A program made the position numbers and the translations under genes. The notes beneath the pieces were generated by a model that was not told the origin of the DNA, did not search any database, and saw nothing but the letters and a program-made list of their open reading frames with translations. A DNA stretch of 61,620 bases, filler included, from Actinomycetales bacterium (GTDB lineage: Bacteria; Actinomycetota; Actinomycetes; Actinomycetales; CAVURS01), in NCBI GenBank assembly GCA_045807245.1. It is 4 parts of 4 records of this genome, joined end to end, with 100 filler letters (N's around TTAATTAATTAA, not from the genome) between each part and the next. Parts side by side here need not be neighbours in the genome. Positions count along the whole stretch, not along the records: positions 21,126 to 38,206 come from JBJMHS010000075.1; 3 more parts are not named here. One strand, written 5' to 3'. Each line of letters begins with the position of its first letter. The stretch's first letter is position 1. This document shows positions 21,126-30,223 of the stretch, piece by piece.

Positions 21126-22083
21126 CACCGGTGTTGAGGTAGGTCCACAGCGCGTCCTGGTGGCCCTCGGCCCGCGAGCGCAGCGGGGTCGAGCAGACCC
21201 ACTTGGCGCCCTCGAGCTCGCCCCACTGCTCGCCGGTGGCGCCGAGCTGCTCTTCGAGCGAGAGGTAGAGGTACTGCGGGCAGGTCTCGCCGAAGACGTT
21301 CTGGCCGGCGTTGCGGGCCTCGGCGATGCGGGCCAGCGCCTGCTTGGCCGAGACGTGCACGACGTACAGCGGCGCCCCGGTGAGGTCGGCCAGCATGATC
21401 GCGCGGTGCGTCGCCTCCTGCTCGGCCTGCCACGGACGGGTGACCCCGTGGTAGTACGGACTCGTCTCGCCCCGCTCGAGCGCCTGCTGCACGAGCACGT
21501 CGATCGCCGAGCCGTTCTCGCAGTGCATCATGATCAGCCCGCCGTTGCCGGCCGCCGACTGCATGGCCTGCAGGATCTGCCCGTCACTCGACAGGAAGAC
21601 GCCGGGGTAGGCCATGAAGAGCTTGAAGCTGGTGATGCCCTCGCCGATGAGTTCGTCCATCGCCTTGAGCGAGTCGGCGTCGACGTCCCCGATGATCTGG
21701 TGGAAGGCGTAGTCGATCGCGCAGTTGCCGCCCGCTTTGTCGTGCCAGAGGGCGACCTGATCCTGGACGCGCTGCCCGTGCGCCTGCACCACGAAGTCGA
21801 CGATCGTCGTCGTGCCGCCCCACGCCGCGGCGCGGGTGCCCGTCTCGAACGTGTCCGACGCCTGCGTGCCGCCGAACGGCATCTCCATGTGGGTGTGGCC
21901 GTCGATGCCGCCGGGGATGACGTACTTGCCGGTCGCGTCGATGACGATGTCGGCGTTGATCGGACCGAGCGCGGTGCTCCCCGGCGCGATGACGGCGGCG
22001 ATCGTCTCCCCGTCGACCAGCACGTCGGCGAGCCCCGAGCCGGTGGACGACACGACCGTCCCACCCTGGACCAGCGTGGTCAT
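21126..22083 (-). CDS. hydA: Dihydropyrimidinase (3' end cut by contig break)
   Basis: PGGIDGHTHM, SFKLFMAY, MHCENG, VVHVS and GETCPQYL motifs. Confidence 0.92.
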
Positions 22084-22159
22084 CGAATGCCTCCGATCGA
22101 CGAGCGCGAATCGTCGCCGCGCAAGGTTTCCGGCCGGTTGAACAGGCGCGTCAGCGGCA

Positions 22160-23008
22160 TTACGGCTGGACCGTCCGCAGGTAGGAGTCCGGACGCCGGT
22201 CGCGGTAGAACTGCCAGTCGTTGCGGGCCTTGGTGATCTCGTCGAAGTCGAGGTCGCGGGTGACGATCTCCTCCTTGTCCTGCGAGGCGACGTCGCCGAC
22301 GAAGTTGCCGCGGGGGTCGACGAAGTAGGACGAGCCGTAGAAGGTCACCGCGTCCTCGCCGAACTCCTCGTACTCCCGGCCGATCCGGTTGTTCGCCGCG
22401 ATGAAGTACTGGTTCGCGGCGGCCGCGGCCGGCTGCTCGATCTCCCAGAGCCGGTTCGACAGGCCGGGCTTCGTCGCCGACGGGTTGAACACGATCTGCG
22501 CGTTGTTCAGGCCGAGCTCCCGCCAGCCCTCCGGGAAGTGCCGGTCGTAGCAGATGTAGACCCCGACCCGGCCGACCGCCGTGTCGAACACGGGGTACCC
22601 GACATTGCCCGGGCGGAAGTAGAACTTCTCCCAGAACTGGGGCAGGTTCGGGATGTGGTGCTTGCGGTACTTGCCGAGCAGCGTCCCGTCGGCGTCGACC
22701 ACGGCAGCGGTGTTGTAGTACTCCCCCTCGTTCTCCACCTCGTAGATCGGCAGGACCATCACCATGCCGAGCTGCTTGGCCAGGGCCTGGAACCGCTCGA
22801 CGGTCGGGCCGGGGATGGTCTCGACGTAGGCGTAGTACTTCTGGTCGGGGCGGATGCCGAAGTACGGACCGTAGAAGAGCTCCTGGAAGCAGATGACCTG
22901 CGCACCGTCCGCCGCCGCGTCCCGTGCGAGGTCCTCGTGCCGGGCGATCATCGACTCCTTGTCGCCGGTCCATTCCACCTGGGTGATCGCAGCTCGTACG
23001 ACGGTCAT
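22160..23008 (-). CDS. Nitrilase-family C-N hydrolase (beta-ureidopropionase-like)
   Basis: FQELF, KYRKHHIP and ICYDRHFPE catalytic triad; upstream of hydA. Confidence 0.9.
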   Translation of the reverse strand: MTVVRAAITQVEWTGDKESMIARHEDLARDAAADGAQVICFQELFYGPYFGIRPDQKYYAYVETIPGPTVERFQALAKQLGMVMVLPIYEVENEGEYYNTAAVVDADGTLLGKYRKHHIPNLPQFWEKFYFRPGNVGYPVFDTAVGRVGVYICYDRHFPEGWRELGLNNAQIVFNPSATKPGLSNRLWEIEQPAAAAANQYFIAANNRIGREYEEFGEDAVTFYGSSYFVDPRGNFVGDVASQDKEEIVTRDLDFDEITKARNDWQFYRDRRPDSYLRTVQP

Positions 23009-23099
23009 GGCTCATCTCCGCACGCTCGACGGGACCTGGGGTGACTCTTCGTCCTGAGACTAGCCGCGCGCCGGCGTGGTGGGAGCCCCCCAAGGTGGC

Positions 23100-23999
23100 T
23101 CAGCGCCGTACGACGTGCAGGCGCTGGTGCTGCTCGAAGCGGAAGTCCATGTGCCGGTCGCGGAAGTACTCCTCGACCGCGGCCCGGCAGCCGGGGGACG
23201 AGGCGTAGTCGTCCACGACGAGTCGTCCGCCGGACACGAGCAGGGGCGCCAGGCGCTCCAGGGAGGTCATCGTCGACGCGTACCAGTCGGCGTCCAGGTG
23301 GGCCAGGGCGACCGGCTCGTCCACCCTGATCGTGTCCTCGAACCGGCCCTTGACCAGCTCCACCGCTCGTTCCGCCGGCTCCACGCCGAGCCGGGCGAAC
23401 GACTCCGTCACCTCGTCGTAGAGGTTCTCGCGGTAGCCGTGGTAGGTCTCGCCGCCCGGACCCTTCGCCTCCCCCGCTTCGATGACGCGGTAGCGGTCCC
23501 GGCCTTCCTCGCCGTCGCGCTCACCCGGCTCCGGGATCAGGCCGAAGACGTCGTACACCTTCATCGGGCGGTCGGCCGCCTTGGCTGCGGCCAGCACGAT
23601 GGCGGACCCACCCCGCGCCGTACCGGCCTCGACCACGACCCCCGTCATGTGGTTCGCCTCGAGGTCCTGTGCGGCGAGGGCGAGGTCGCGCAGGGCCGGC
23701 ACGGTCAGGAAGGTGAGGTTCTCGGCGCGGACCCGCTGCAGCACCGTCTCGACGGCGCCGGACGCGCGGCGGGCGTCACGGTCGGCCCGGGCGGCCCGCA
23801 GCTGGTCCTTGAGGTGCTCGACCTCCTCCTGCGACGCCTTCAGTCGTGCCCGGGTCTGGCTGAGCTTGGCCGAGGTCCTCGCCAGCTCATCCCGCTGCCG
23901 CCGGACGGCAACCAGCGGGGCCACCGCTCTCCGGCCGGCCTGCTCAGCCGCGCGCCGTCCGCGTCGTACGTAGTCGGCGACCGGCTTGTCGCTGCTCAC
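23100..23999 (-). CDS. TylF/MycF/NovP-family O-methyltransferase with N-terminal coiled coil
   Basis: VEAGTARGGS, YDVF, VKGRFEDT, HLDADWY and VVDDY motifs; start uncertain. Confidence 0.8.
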   Translation of the reverse strand: MSSDKPVADYVRRGRRAAEQAGRRAVAPLVAVRRQRDELARTSAKLSQTRARLKASQEEVEHLKDQLRAARADRDARRASGAVETVLQRVRAENLTFLTVPALRDLALAAQDLEANHMTGVVVEAGTARGGSAIVLAAAKAADRPMKVYDVFGLIPEPGERDGEEGRDRYRVIEAGEAKGPGGETYHGYRENLYDEVTESFARLGVEPAERAVELVKGRFEDTIRVDEPVALAHLDADWYASTMTSLERLAPLLVSGGRLVVDDYASSPGCRAAVEEYFRDRHMDFRFEQHQRLHVVRR

Positions 24000-24061
24000 C
24001 AGGGACCCCTGACCGTCGTGCCGTGTCCGAGCGGCCAGCATGCCACGGCTTGCCCCGAGGG

Positions 24062-26620
24062 TCAGGCCTCAGCCTCGAGGCCGGACACCGCAGTCAGGAC
24101 GAGCTTGCGGACGTCGTCGGCGCCGGCCAGCCCGAGGGCCTGTCGGGCGACCGAACGGCACTGCGCGGAGTCGAGTCCCCGCACGGTCGCCTTGACCCTC
24201 GGTACGGCGTGCGGCGAGACGCTGAGCTCGCGGACTCCGAGCCCGACCAGCACCGGCACGGCCAGCTCGTCGGAGGCGACCTCGCCGCACACGGAGACGT
24301 CGACGCGACCCTCGCAGGCCCGGCACACCTGGTCCACGAGCCTCAGCACCGCCGGATCGAGAGCATCGGAAAGGCTTGCGACAGAAGCGTTTCCACGCTC
24401 AGCAGCCATGGTGTACTGCGTGAGGTCGTTGGTGCCGATGCTGACGAAGTCCAGGTGCGGCACGAGTGACTCGATCTTCAGGGCCGCCGCCGGGACCTCG
24501 ATCATGACCCCGACCCGCAGCCCGGGTGGCAGTCCCGCCGGACCAGCCGCGTCGGTCAGCACCTGGCGCGCCTCGAGCAGCTCACCCACGGTCGCGACCA
24601 TCGGGAACATGACCTTCACCGGGTGGGTCCGGGCCGTGCGGCAGATCGCGTCCAGCTGCGCGTGCAGGAGCTCGCGACGAGCCAGGCTGAGCCGGATCCC
24701 GCGCAGGCCGAGGAACGGGTTCTCCTCGAACGGCAGCGGGAGGTACGGCAGAGGTTTGTCCCCGCCGACGTCGAGGGTGCGCAACGTAACGCGCTCGCCG
24801 CCAAGCGCGCCCGCGACGGCGTCGTACTCCGCGACCTGCTCCTCCACGCCGGGTGCGACCTCGCGGCCCAGGAACAGGAACTCGGTCCGCACCAGACCGG
24901 ACCCGTCCGCGCCGGCGTCGCGGGCCGCGCGAGCGTCCGCTCGTGACCCGACGTTGGCCATGACGGCCACGACGACCCCGTCGTCGGTACGGGCCGGCTC
25001 CGCGGCGCGGGTGAGGTCCTCGGCGAAGCGTCGGGCCACCAACCGAGCCCGCTCCTCGTAGTCCGCGAGCACGTCCGCCGACGGCTCGATGTGGACCGTC
25101 CCGGCCGTGCCGTCGACGACGAGGACCGTCCCCTCGGGGAGGTCGAGCAGGTCACCTCCCGCCGCGACCACGAGCGGGATGGCCCGAGCCCGGGCCAGGA
25201 TCGCCGCGTGGGACGTCGGGCTGCCGCCGGCCAGCACCACGGCGGACACGAGGTCGGGATCCAGCTCGGCGGCCTCGGCCGGGCTCAGGTCTCGCGCGAC
25301 CAGCACTCCGGGTCGGGTCATCCGCGGTCCCCCCGCACCCGTCATGACCCGCAACACCTGGTCGCCGACGGACCGTACGTCGGCGGCCCGCTCGCGCAGG
25401 TACTCGTCCGGCAGGTCGGCCCACTCCTGCTCGACCGCCGCGACCGTGGCCGCCCACGCCCGGGCTGCGCTCTGCCCCACGCCGATCTTGGCCTTCACGT
25501 CGGCGAGCAGCTCGGCATCGGAGAGGAGGGACAGGTGGGCGTCGAAGATCGCGGCTTCGTCACTGCCGACGTCCCGGGCGGTCAGGACCCGCAGGTGCTC
25601 GGTCTCTCGCCGTACCTGAGCGACGGACTCGACCACCCGCCGCCACTGCGTCGTGGGGTCGCCGGCCTCGTCGGCGCTCAGGTCGATCGCCGGCGCGACG
25701 AGCCGGCGCAGGGGTCCGATCGCGATACCAGGGGCCCCTGGCAACGGACCCGGCAACGGACCGGGCAACCGGCCGGGCGCCGGACCGGGCTGCGGCGCCG
25801 ACGCCGGCACCACCCCGCGCTGCCCGGCGGCCGCGCGGTCCACGGCCGCCGGCTCGTCGAAGCGCCGCTCGGCCAGTGCGACCAGATGCTCGACCGCCTC
25901 CTGCGCCTGCGGTCCGCTGGCCCGGATCTCGACTTCGTGCCCGCGCAGCGCGCCGAGCGTCGCGACCCGGCTCAGGCTGCTGGCCGGCACCGGTCCCGCG
26001 CCCGTGGTGAGGTTGCGCAGCTGCACCGTGGCGTCCAGCCGCCGCGCTTCGCTGACCAGCCGTGCGGCCGGCCGGGCATGGAGACCGTGCTCGTTGTCGA
26101 TGTGGACCACGGCCACGACAGCGGAGGCGGAGACGTCGGCCAGCTCGGCCGGAGCGTCCGGGTCGGGCGTGGCCAGGTGCGCCGACTTGGCCATCAGGGC
26201 CCCCCGGGCCTCGGCCACGACCTCCGCCCGCGTCGCGCCACCGGACGCTGCGACGGCGGCCACGAGCAGTCCCTCGACGATCGGCGCCGACGACAGGGTG
26301 ACGCGCTCGCGAGTCTCGGGGTCGGCCAGCAGGTCCAGCGCCAGCTCGGCGCTCAGGACGGCGCTGCCCAGGTCCATCAGGACGACGACACCGGCCGGGC
26401 CGTCGGCCCGCTCGACGGCCTCCTTGATGGCCACCGCATCGGTGCCGAACGTCGCGTCGTCGAGGCCGGCAGCGATCTCGACCCTGGTGGTCCGGCCGTG
26501 CAGCATCTCGGCCGCCAGCGCAACCGCCGCGCGGGCGAGCGCGCGGCTGTGCGACACCACGACCAGCCCGACCCCCGCTGGCTGCGGGTCGGTGGCGAGG
26601 ACGTCCTGATGCTCGGTCAT
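24062..26620 (-). CDS. dhaM: Dihydroxyacetone-kinase phosphotransferase: DhaM(EIIA)-HPr-Enzyme I fusion
   Basis: VVVSHS and MDLGSA (EIIA), GLHARPAA (HPr), GSPTSHAAILAR, GLVRTEFLF, RTLDVGGDK and SIGTNDLTQY (EI). Confidence 0.9.
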   Translation of the reverse strand: MTEHQDVLATDPQPAGVGLVVVSHSRALARAAVALAAEMLHGRTTRVEIAAGLDDATFGTDAVAIKEAVERADGPAGVVVLMDLGSAVLSAELALDLLADPETRERVTLSSAPIVEGLLVAAVAASGGATRAEVVAEARGALMAKSAHLATPDPDAPAELADVSASAVVAVVHIDNEHGLHARPAARLVSEARRLDATVQLRNLTTGAGPVPASSLSRVATLGALRGHEVEIRASGPQAQEAVEHLVALAERRFDEPAAVDRAAAGQRGVVPASAPQPGPAPGRLPGPLPGPLPGAPGIAIGPLRRLVAPAIDLSADEAGDPTTQWRRVVESVAQVRRETEHLRVLTARDVGSDEAAIFDAHLSLLSDAELLADVKAKIGVGQSAARAWAATVAAVEQEWADLPDEYLRERAADVRSVGDQVLRVMTGAGGPRMTRPGVLVARDLSPAEAAELDPDLVSAVVLAGGSPTSHAAILARARAIPLVVAAGGDLLDLPEGTVLVVDGTAGTVHIEPSADVLADYEERARLVARRFAEDLTRAAEPARTDDGVVVAVMANVGSRADARAARDAGADGSGLVRTEFLFLGREVAPGVEEQVAEYDAVAGALGGERVTLRTLDVGGDKPLPYLPLPFEENPFLGLRGIRLSLARRELLHAQLDAICRTARTHPVKVMFPMVATVGELLEARQVLTDAAGPAGLPPGLRVGVMIEVPAAALKIESLVPHLDFVSIGTNDLTQYTMAAERGNASVASLSDALDPAVLRLVDQVCRACEGRVDVSVCGEVASDELAVPVLVGLGVRELSVSPHAVPRVKATVRGLDSAQCRSVARQALGLAGADDVRKLVLTAVSGLEAEA
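25740..25787. repeat. Four degenerate 12-bp tandem repeats encoding a Pro/Gly-rich HPr-EI linker
   Basis: GGCAACGGACCC GGCAACGGACCG GGCAACCGGCCG GGCGCCGGACCG. Confidence 0.75.
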
Positions 26621-26627
26621 GTGCGTG

Positions 26628-27254
26628 CTAGCCGAGTGCAGCCTGCAGCAGCAGGGCGACGGTGGTCGCTCCCGGGTCCTGGTGCCCGACGCTGCGCTCA
26701 CCGAGGTAGCTGGCCCGGCCCTTGCGGGCCAGCATCGGGGTCGTGGCGTCGCGCCCGTCCGCGGCCGCCTGCGCGGCGGCGGCCAGGGCCGTCTGGAGGC
26801 CCTGACCCGAAGCCAGAGCGGCATCGAGGGCGTCCACGGCGGGGGCCAGCGCGTCGTACATCGTCTTGTCACCGGCCTCGGCCTTGCCGCGCGCGACGAC
26901 GCCTTCCAGCCCGGACCGCAGGGCTGCGGCCAGCTGCTCGGGGGTCGCGTCCTTCGTGTCCCCGAGCGAACTGCCCAGGCGGAGGAAGAACGTGCCGAAC
27001 AACGGGCCGCTCGCGCCGCCGACGGTCGAGACCAGCGTCATGCCCACCTTGCTGAACAGCGCTCCGGCGGTCTCCGGCCGCGCCTCGTCCAGCGCGGCCA
27101 CGGCGGCCGTCAGACCCCTGTCCATGTTGGCCCCGTGGTCGGCGTCGCCGATCGCGGAGTCGAGCTCGGTCAGGTAGTCCCGGTTGGCCGAGACCTGGCC
27201 CGCGAAGTCGCGGACCCATCGGTCCAAGGCCGCCGTGGTCACGGTGTCATCCAC
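26628..27254 (-). CDS. dhaL: Dihydroxyacetone kinase subunit L
   Basis: LDSAIGDADHG, GGASGPL, KTMYD and GRASYLGERS.GH.DPG motifs. Confidence 0.95.
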   Translation of the reverse strand: MDDTVTTAALDRWVRDFAGQVSANRDYLTELDSAIGDADHGANMDRGLTAAVAALDEARPETAGALFSKVGMTLVSTVGGASGPLFGTFFLRLGSSLGDTKDATPEQLAAALRSGLEGVVARGKAEAGDKTMYDALAPAVDALDAALASGQGLQTALAAAAQAAADGRDATTPMLARKGRASYLGERSVGHQDPGATTVALLLQAALG

Positions 27255-27257
27255 GCG

Positions 27258-28259
27258 TCAGATACCCCATCGCAAGGCCGGCGTGCGCACCGGCGCATCC
27301 CAGAGGGACAACAGCTCGTCGTCCGCCTTGAGCAGTGTGACCGACGACCCGGCCATCTCCAGGGAGGTGATGTACGAGCCCACCAGGGAGCGCGCGACCG
27401 TCACACCATGGGCGGACAGGATCCGCGCCACCTCGTTGTACATGACGTACAGCTCGATGAGCGGAGTCCCACCCAGGCCGTTGACGAACGCGATCACCGG
27501 GTCGCCGGAGCGGAACGGCAGGTCGGCCAGGATCGGCTCGACCAGCATCGCCGCGATCTCCTTGGCCGGCGCGAGCGGCAGGCGCTCGCGGCCCGGTTCG
27601 CCGTGGATGCCGACCCCGAGCTCCATCTCGTTCTCACCGAGGTCGAAGGTCGGCTTGCCCGCCGCGGGCACGGTGCACGAAGTGAGCGCCACCCCCATGC
27701 TGCGTCCGTTGGCGTTCACCTTGCGGGCCAGGTCCGCGACCTGCTCGAGCGTTCGGTCCTGCTCGGCCGCGGCACCCGCGATCTTCTCCAGCAGCACCGT
27801 GACCCCGACGCCACGACGGCCCGCCGTCCAGGTGCTGTCCTGCACAGCCACGTCGTCGTCCGTCACGACCGACACCACGTTGGCGCCGGTCTCCGCCGCA
27901 GCCAGCTCGGCCGCCATCTCGAAGTTCATGACGTCGCCGGTGTAGTTCTTCACGACATGGAGCACGCCGGCGCCGCCGTCGACCAGCTTGGTGGCGGCGA
28001 GCATCTGGTCGGGAACCGGGGAGGTGAAGATCTCGCCAGCGCACGCCGCGTCGAGCATGCCGAGACCGACGAACCCGCCGTGCAGCGGCTCATGGCCCGA
28101 TCCGCCGCCCGAGATGATGCCGACCTTGCCCGGCCTCGGCGCGTCACCGCGGTAGACGATCTTGTTGTGGTGGTCCACCTGCAGGTCGGGGTGGGCGGCC
28201 TCGACACCGAGCAGAGCTTCGGCGACGACGTCGTTCGGGTCGTTGATGAGCTTCTTCAT
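27258..28259 (-). CDS. dhaK: Dihydroxyacetone kinase subunit K
   Basis: [21 protein letters not shown] and GIHGEPG motifs. Confidence 0.96.
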   Translation of the reverse strand: MKKLINDPNDVVAEALLGVEAAHPDLQVDHHNKIVYRGDAPRPGKVGIISGGGSGHEPLHGGFVGLGMLDAACAGEIFTSPVPDQMLAATKLVDGGAGVLHVVKNYTGDVMNFEMAAELAAAETGANVVSVVTDDDVAVQDSTWTAGRRGVGVTVLLEKIAGAAAEQDRTLEQVADLARKVNANGRSMGVALTSCTVPAAGKPTFDLGENEMELGVGIHGEPGRERLPLAPAKEIAAMLVEPILADLPFRSGDPVIAFVNGLGGTPLIELYVMYNEVARILSAHGVTVARSLVGSYITSLEMAGSSVTLLKADDELLSLWDAPVRTPALRWGI

Positions 28260-28305
28260 GTGGTCCTCGCGTCTCGGTGCTGATGGATGGGCTGGGAGTG
28301 GCCGG

Positions 28306-29088
28306 TCAGACCGAGCTCGGCGTGCGCGCCGGCGCGGTCTCGGGGTCGGCCAGGTCGATGCCGGCCACCGGGGCCGCGTCGGCCGGGGTGCGGGAGAGCA
28401 GTCCGTAGACCAGGGCGGCCAGAGCACCCGCCAGGAGCTCGGCCACCAGGTAGACGGGGAGCTGCTCCCACTTCACCGCGCCGCCCGCGATCTGCTGGAT
28501 GAGCATCGGGCCGACGGTGCGGGCCGGGTTGATGGAGGCGCCGGTCGCTGGGGCGACCGGAATGATCGCGGCGAACACGACCAGGCCGATCGCGACGCCC
28601 GCGAAGCCCGCGGCCGCCTTGCGGTGGATGACGCCGAAGATGGTGAACACCAGGATGAACGTCCCGACGAACTCCGCCGTGAACGCCTGGGCCCAGCTGA
28701 TGTCGCCGTACGACGCGACACCGAGCCCGACGTCGCTCGCCTTGTGCCCGAGGACGCCGAGGATCGCCCCGGCCCCGATGATCGCGCCGACCACCTGGGC
28801 CGCGATGTACGCCGGCACCTGCGACCACGGGAACTTGCCCGAGACCGCCAGCCCGAGGGTGACCGCGGGGTTGATGTGGTTGCCGCCGATGTGGCCGAGG
28901 GCATAGACGGTGGCCACGACGATCGTGCCGAACGCGAGCGAGATCATGCCGAGGTCGGCCATGGTGAACGGTGCCTTGCCGTTGACGATCAAGGTCGCGG
29001 GCACGGAACCCACGCCGATGAACACCAAGAAGGCCGTGCCGATCACCTCGGCTCCGAGCCGCTGCGCCAGTGTTGTCTCGTCAAGCAT
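28306..29088 (-). CDS. glpF: MIP-family aquaglyceroporin
   Basis: Two NPA motifs (HINPAVT, SINPART); first gene of the dha operon. Confidence 0.85.
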   Translation of the reverse strand: MLDETTLAQRLGAEVIGTAFLVFIGVGSVPATLIVNGKAPFTMADLGMISLAFGTIVVATVYALGHIGGNHINPAVTLGLAVSGKFPWSQVPAYIAAQVVGAIIGAGAILGVLGHKASDVGLGVASYGDISWAQAFTAEFVGTFILVFTIFGVIHRKAAAGFAGVAIGLVVFAAIIPVAPATGASINPARTVGPMLIQQIAGGAVKWEQLPVYLVAELLAGALAALVYGLLSRTPADAAPVAGIDLADPETAPARTPSSV

Positions 29089-29136
29089 GCCGTGCCCCTT
29101 TCTGAGCGCCGGTTGCTGCTGGTGGTTCTGAAGATG

Positions 29137-29153
29137 ATTCGATATTGTCGAAT
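29137..29153. promoter_or_regulatory. Putative IclR/GylR-type operator
   Basis: ATTCGA-N5-TCGAAT inverted repeat between glpF and the divergent IclR gene, just downstream of a minus-strand TAACGT -10 (29163-29168). Confidence 0.65.
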
Positions 29154-29270
29154 GATTCGCGGACGTTACGCTCATGCTTCACTTCTCCGCAAGAGTCTTC
29201 AGAAAAGTTGTCCAAACCTGCATTCGGCGGGTACGCCGAGGGAGCGCGGTGAGCCAGCGGTGAACCCCCA

Positions 29271-30038
29271 GTGATCCAGTCGATCGACCGGGCCATTCGG
29301 GTCCTGACAGCCCTGCAGGGCGCGCGCCGGATGAGCCTGTCGGACCTGGCTGCCCGCCTGGAGCTCGCGCCGTCGACGACCCACGGCATCGTGCGCTCCC
29401 TCGTGGAGCACGGCATGGTCGTGCAGGAGCGAGGGTCGAACCGGTACCAGCTCGGGCCCGCCGTCCTCCGGCTGGGCAACGTCTATCTGGACACGCTGGA
29501 GCTGCGTTCCAAGAGCATCCCGTGGGCCGAGGACCTGGCCCGCCGTACCGGCTGTGCGGTCCGGACCGGCGTGCTGCTCGTCGACGACGTCGTGATCATC
29601 CACCACGAACCGCGGCCGGACGGCAGCCGGCAGATGCCCGAGGTCGGGATCGTCATCCCCGGGCATGCGAGCGCACTGGGCAAGGCGATGCTCGCGTTCC
29701 TCCCCGACGAGGCCGGGCGCGTCCTGGGCTCACCGCTGCGCAGCATGACTGGGGAGACAGTGACCGACGCCGCGCTCCTGCGTGCGCAGCTCGACGACGT
29801 ACGGCGTTCGGGCATCGCCGTGGAGCAGGACGAGGCGGTCCTGGGTGAGAGCGGGCTGGCCAGCCCCGTGTTCGACTCGTGGGGCGGCGCGGTCGGGGCC
29901 ATCGGCATCGTCGTACCGTCGGGCCAGATGCCGGCCGGCCAGGCCGGCGAGCATGACGCCCGCGACGTCGTGCGCGAGACGGCTCGGGCCGTGTCACGCG
30001 AGCTCGGCGCCGCCTCCTGGCCGCCGCCCCTGGCCTGA
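29271..30038 (+). CDS. IclR-family regulator (GylR-like)
   Basis: IQSIDRA HTH start, HASALGKAMLAF and E...GESGLASP motifs; divergent from the dha operon. Confidence 0.9.
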   Translation: MIQSIDRAIRVLTALQGARRMSLSDLAARLELAPSTTHGIVRSLVEHGMVVQERGSNRYQLGPAVLRLGNVYLDTLELRSKSIPWAEDLARRTGCAVRTGVLLVDDVVIIHHEPRPDGSRQMPEVGIVIPGHASALGKAMLAFLPDEAGRVLGSPLRSMTGETVTDAALLRAQLDDVRRSGIAVEQDEAVLGESGLASPVFDSWGGAVGAIGIVVPSGQMPAGQAGEHDARDVVRETARAVSRELGAASWPPPLA

Positions 30039-30223
30039 CCGCGGATCGTCCGGCGCACCCGAAGGCGACGCCCGGTCGCTCAGGGTCATCCGGTTGCCCT
30101 GACCGGCTGAGGCCGGGCTCGTTGGCGTCACCCGAGCGGCGCAGCAGGTTCATGCTCGTCGTGCTGCCCGGCTGGATCTGGCACCGGTCCGCCGATGTCT
30201 CCCGAGACCAGCCGGGCAGCCCA

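Noticed and set aside
25740..25787. Short tandem repeats as a possible CRISPR array
   Set aside because: 12-bp in-frame coding repeats without spacers. No CRISPR array, cas gene, tRNA or rRNA was seen in the window.
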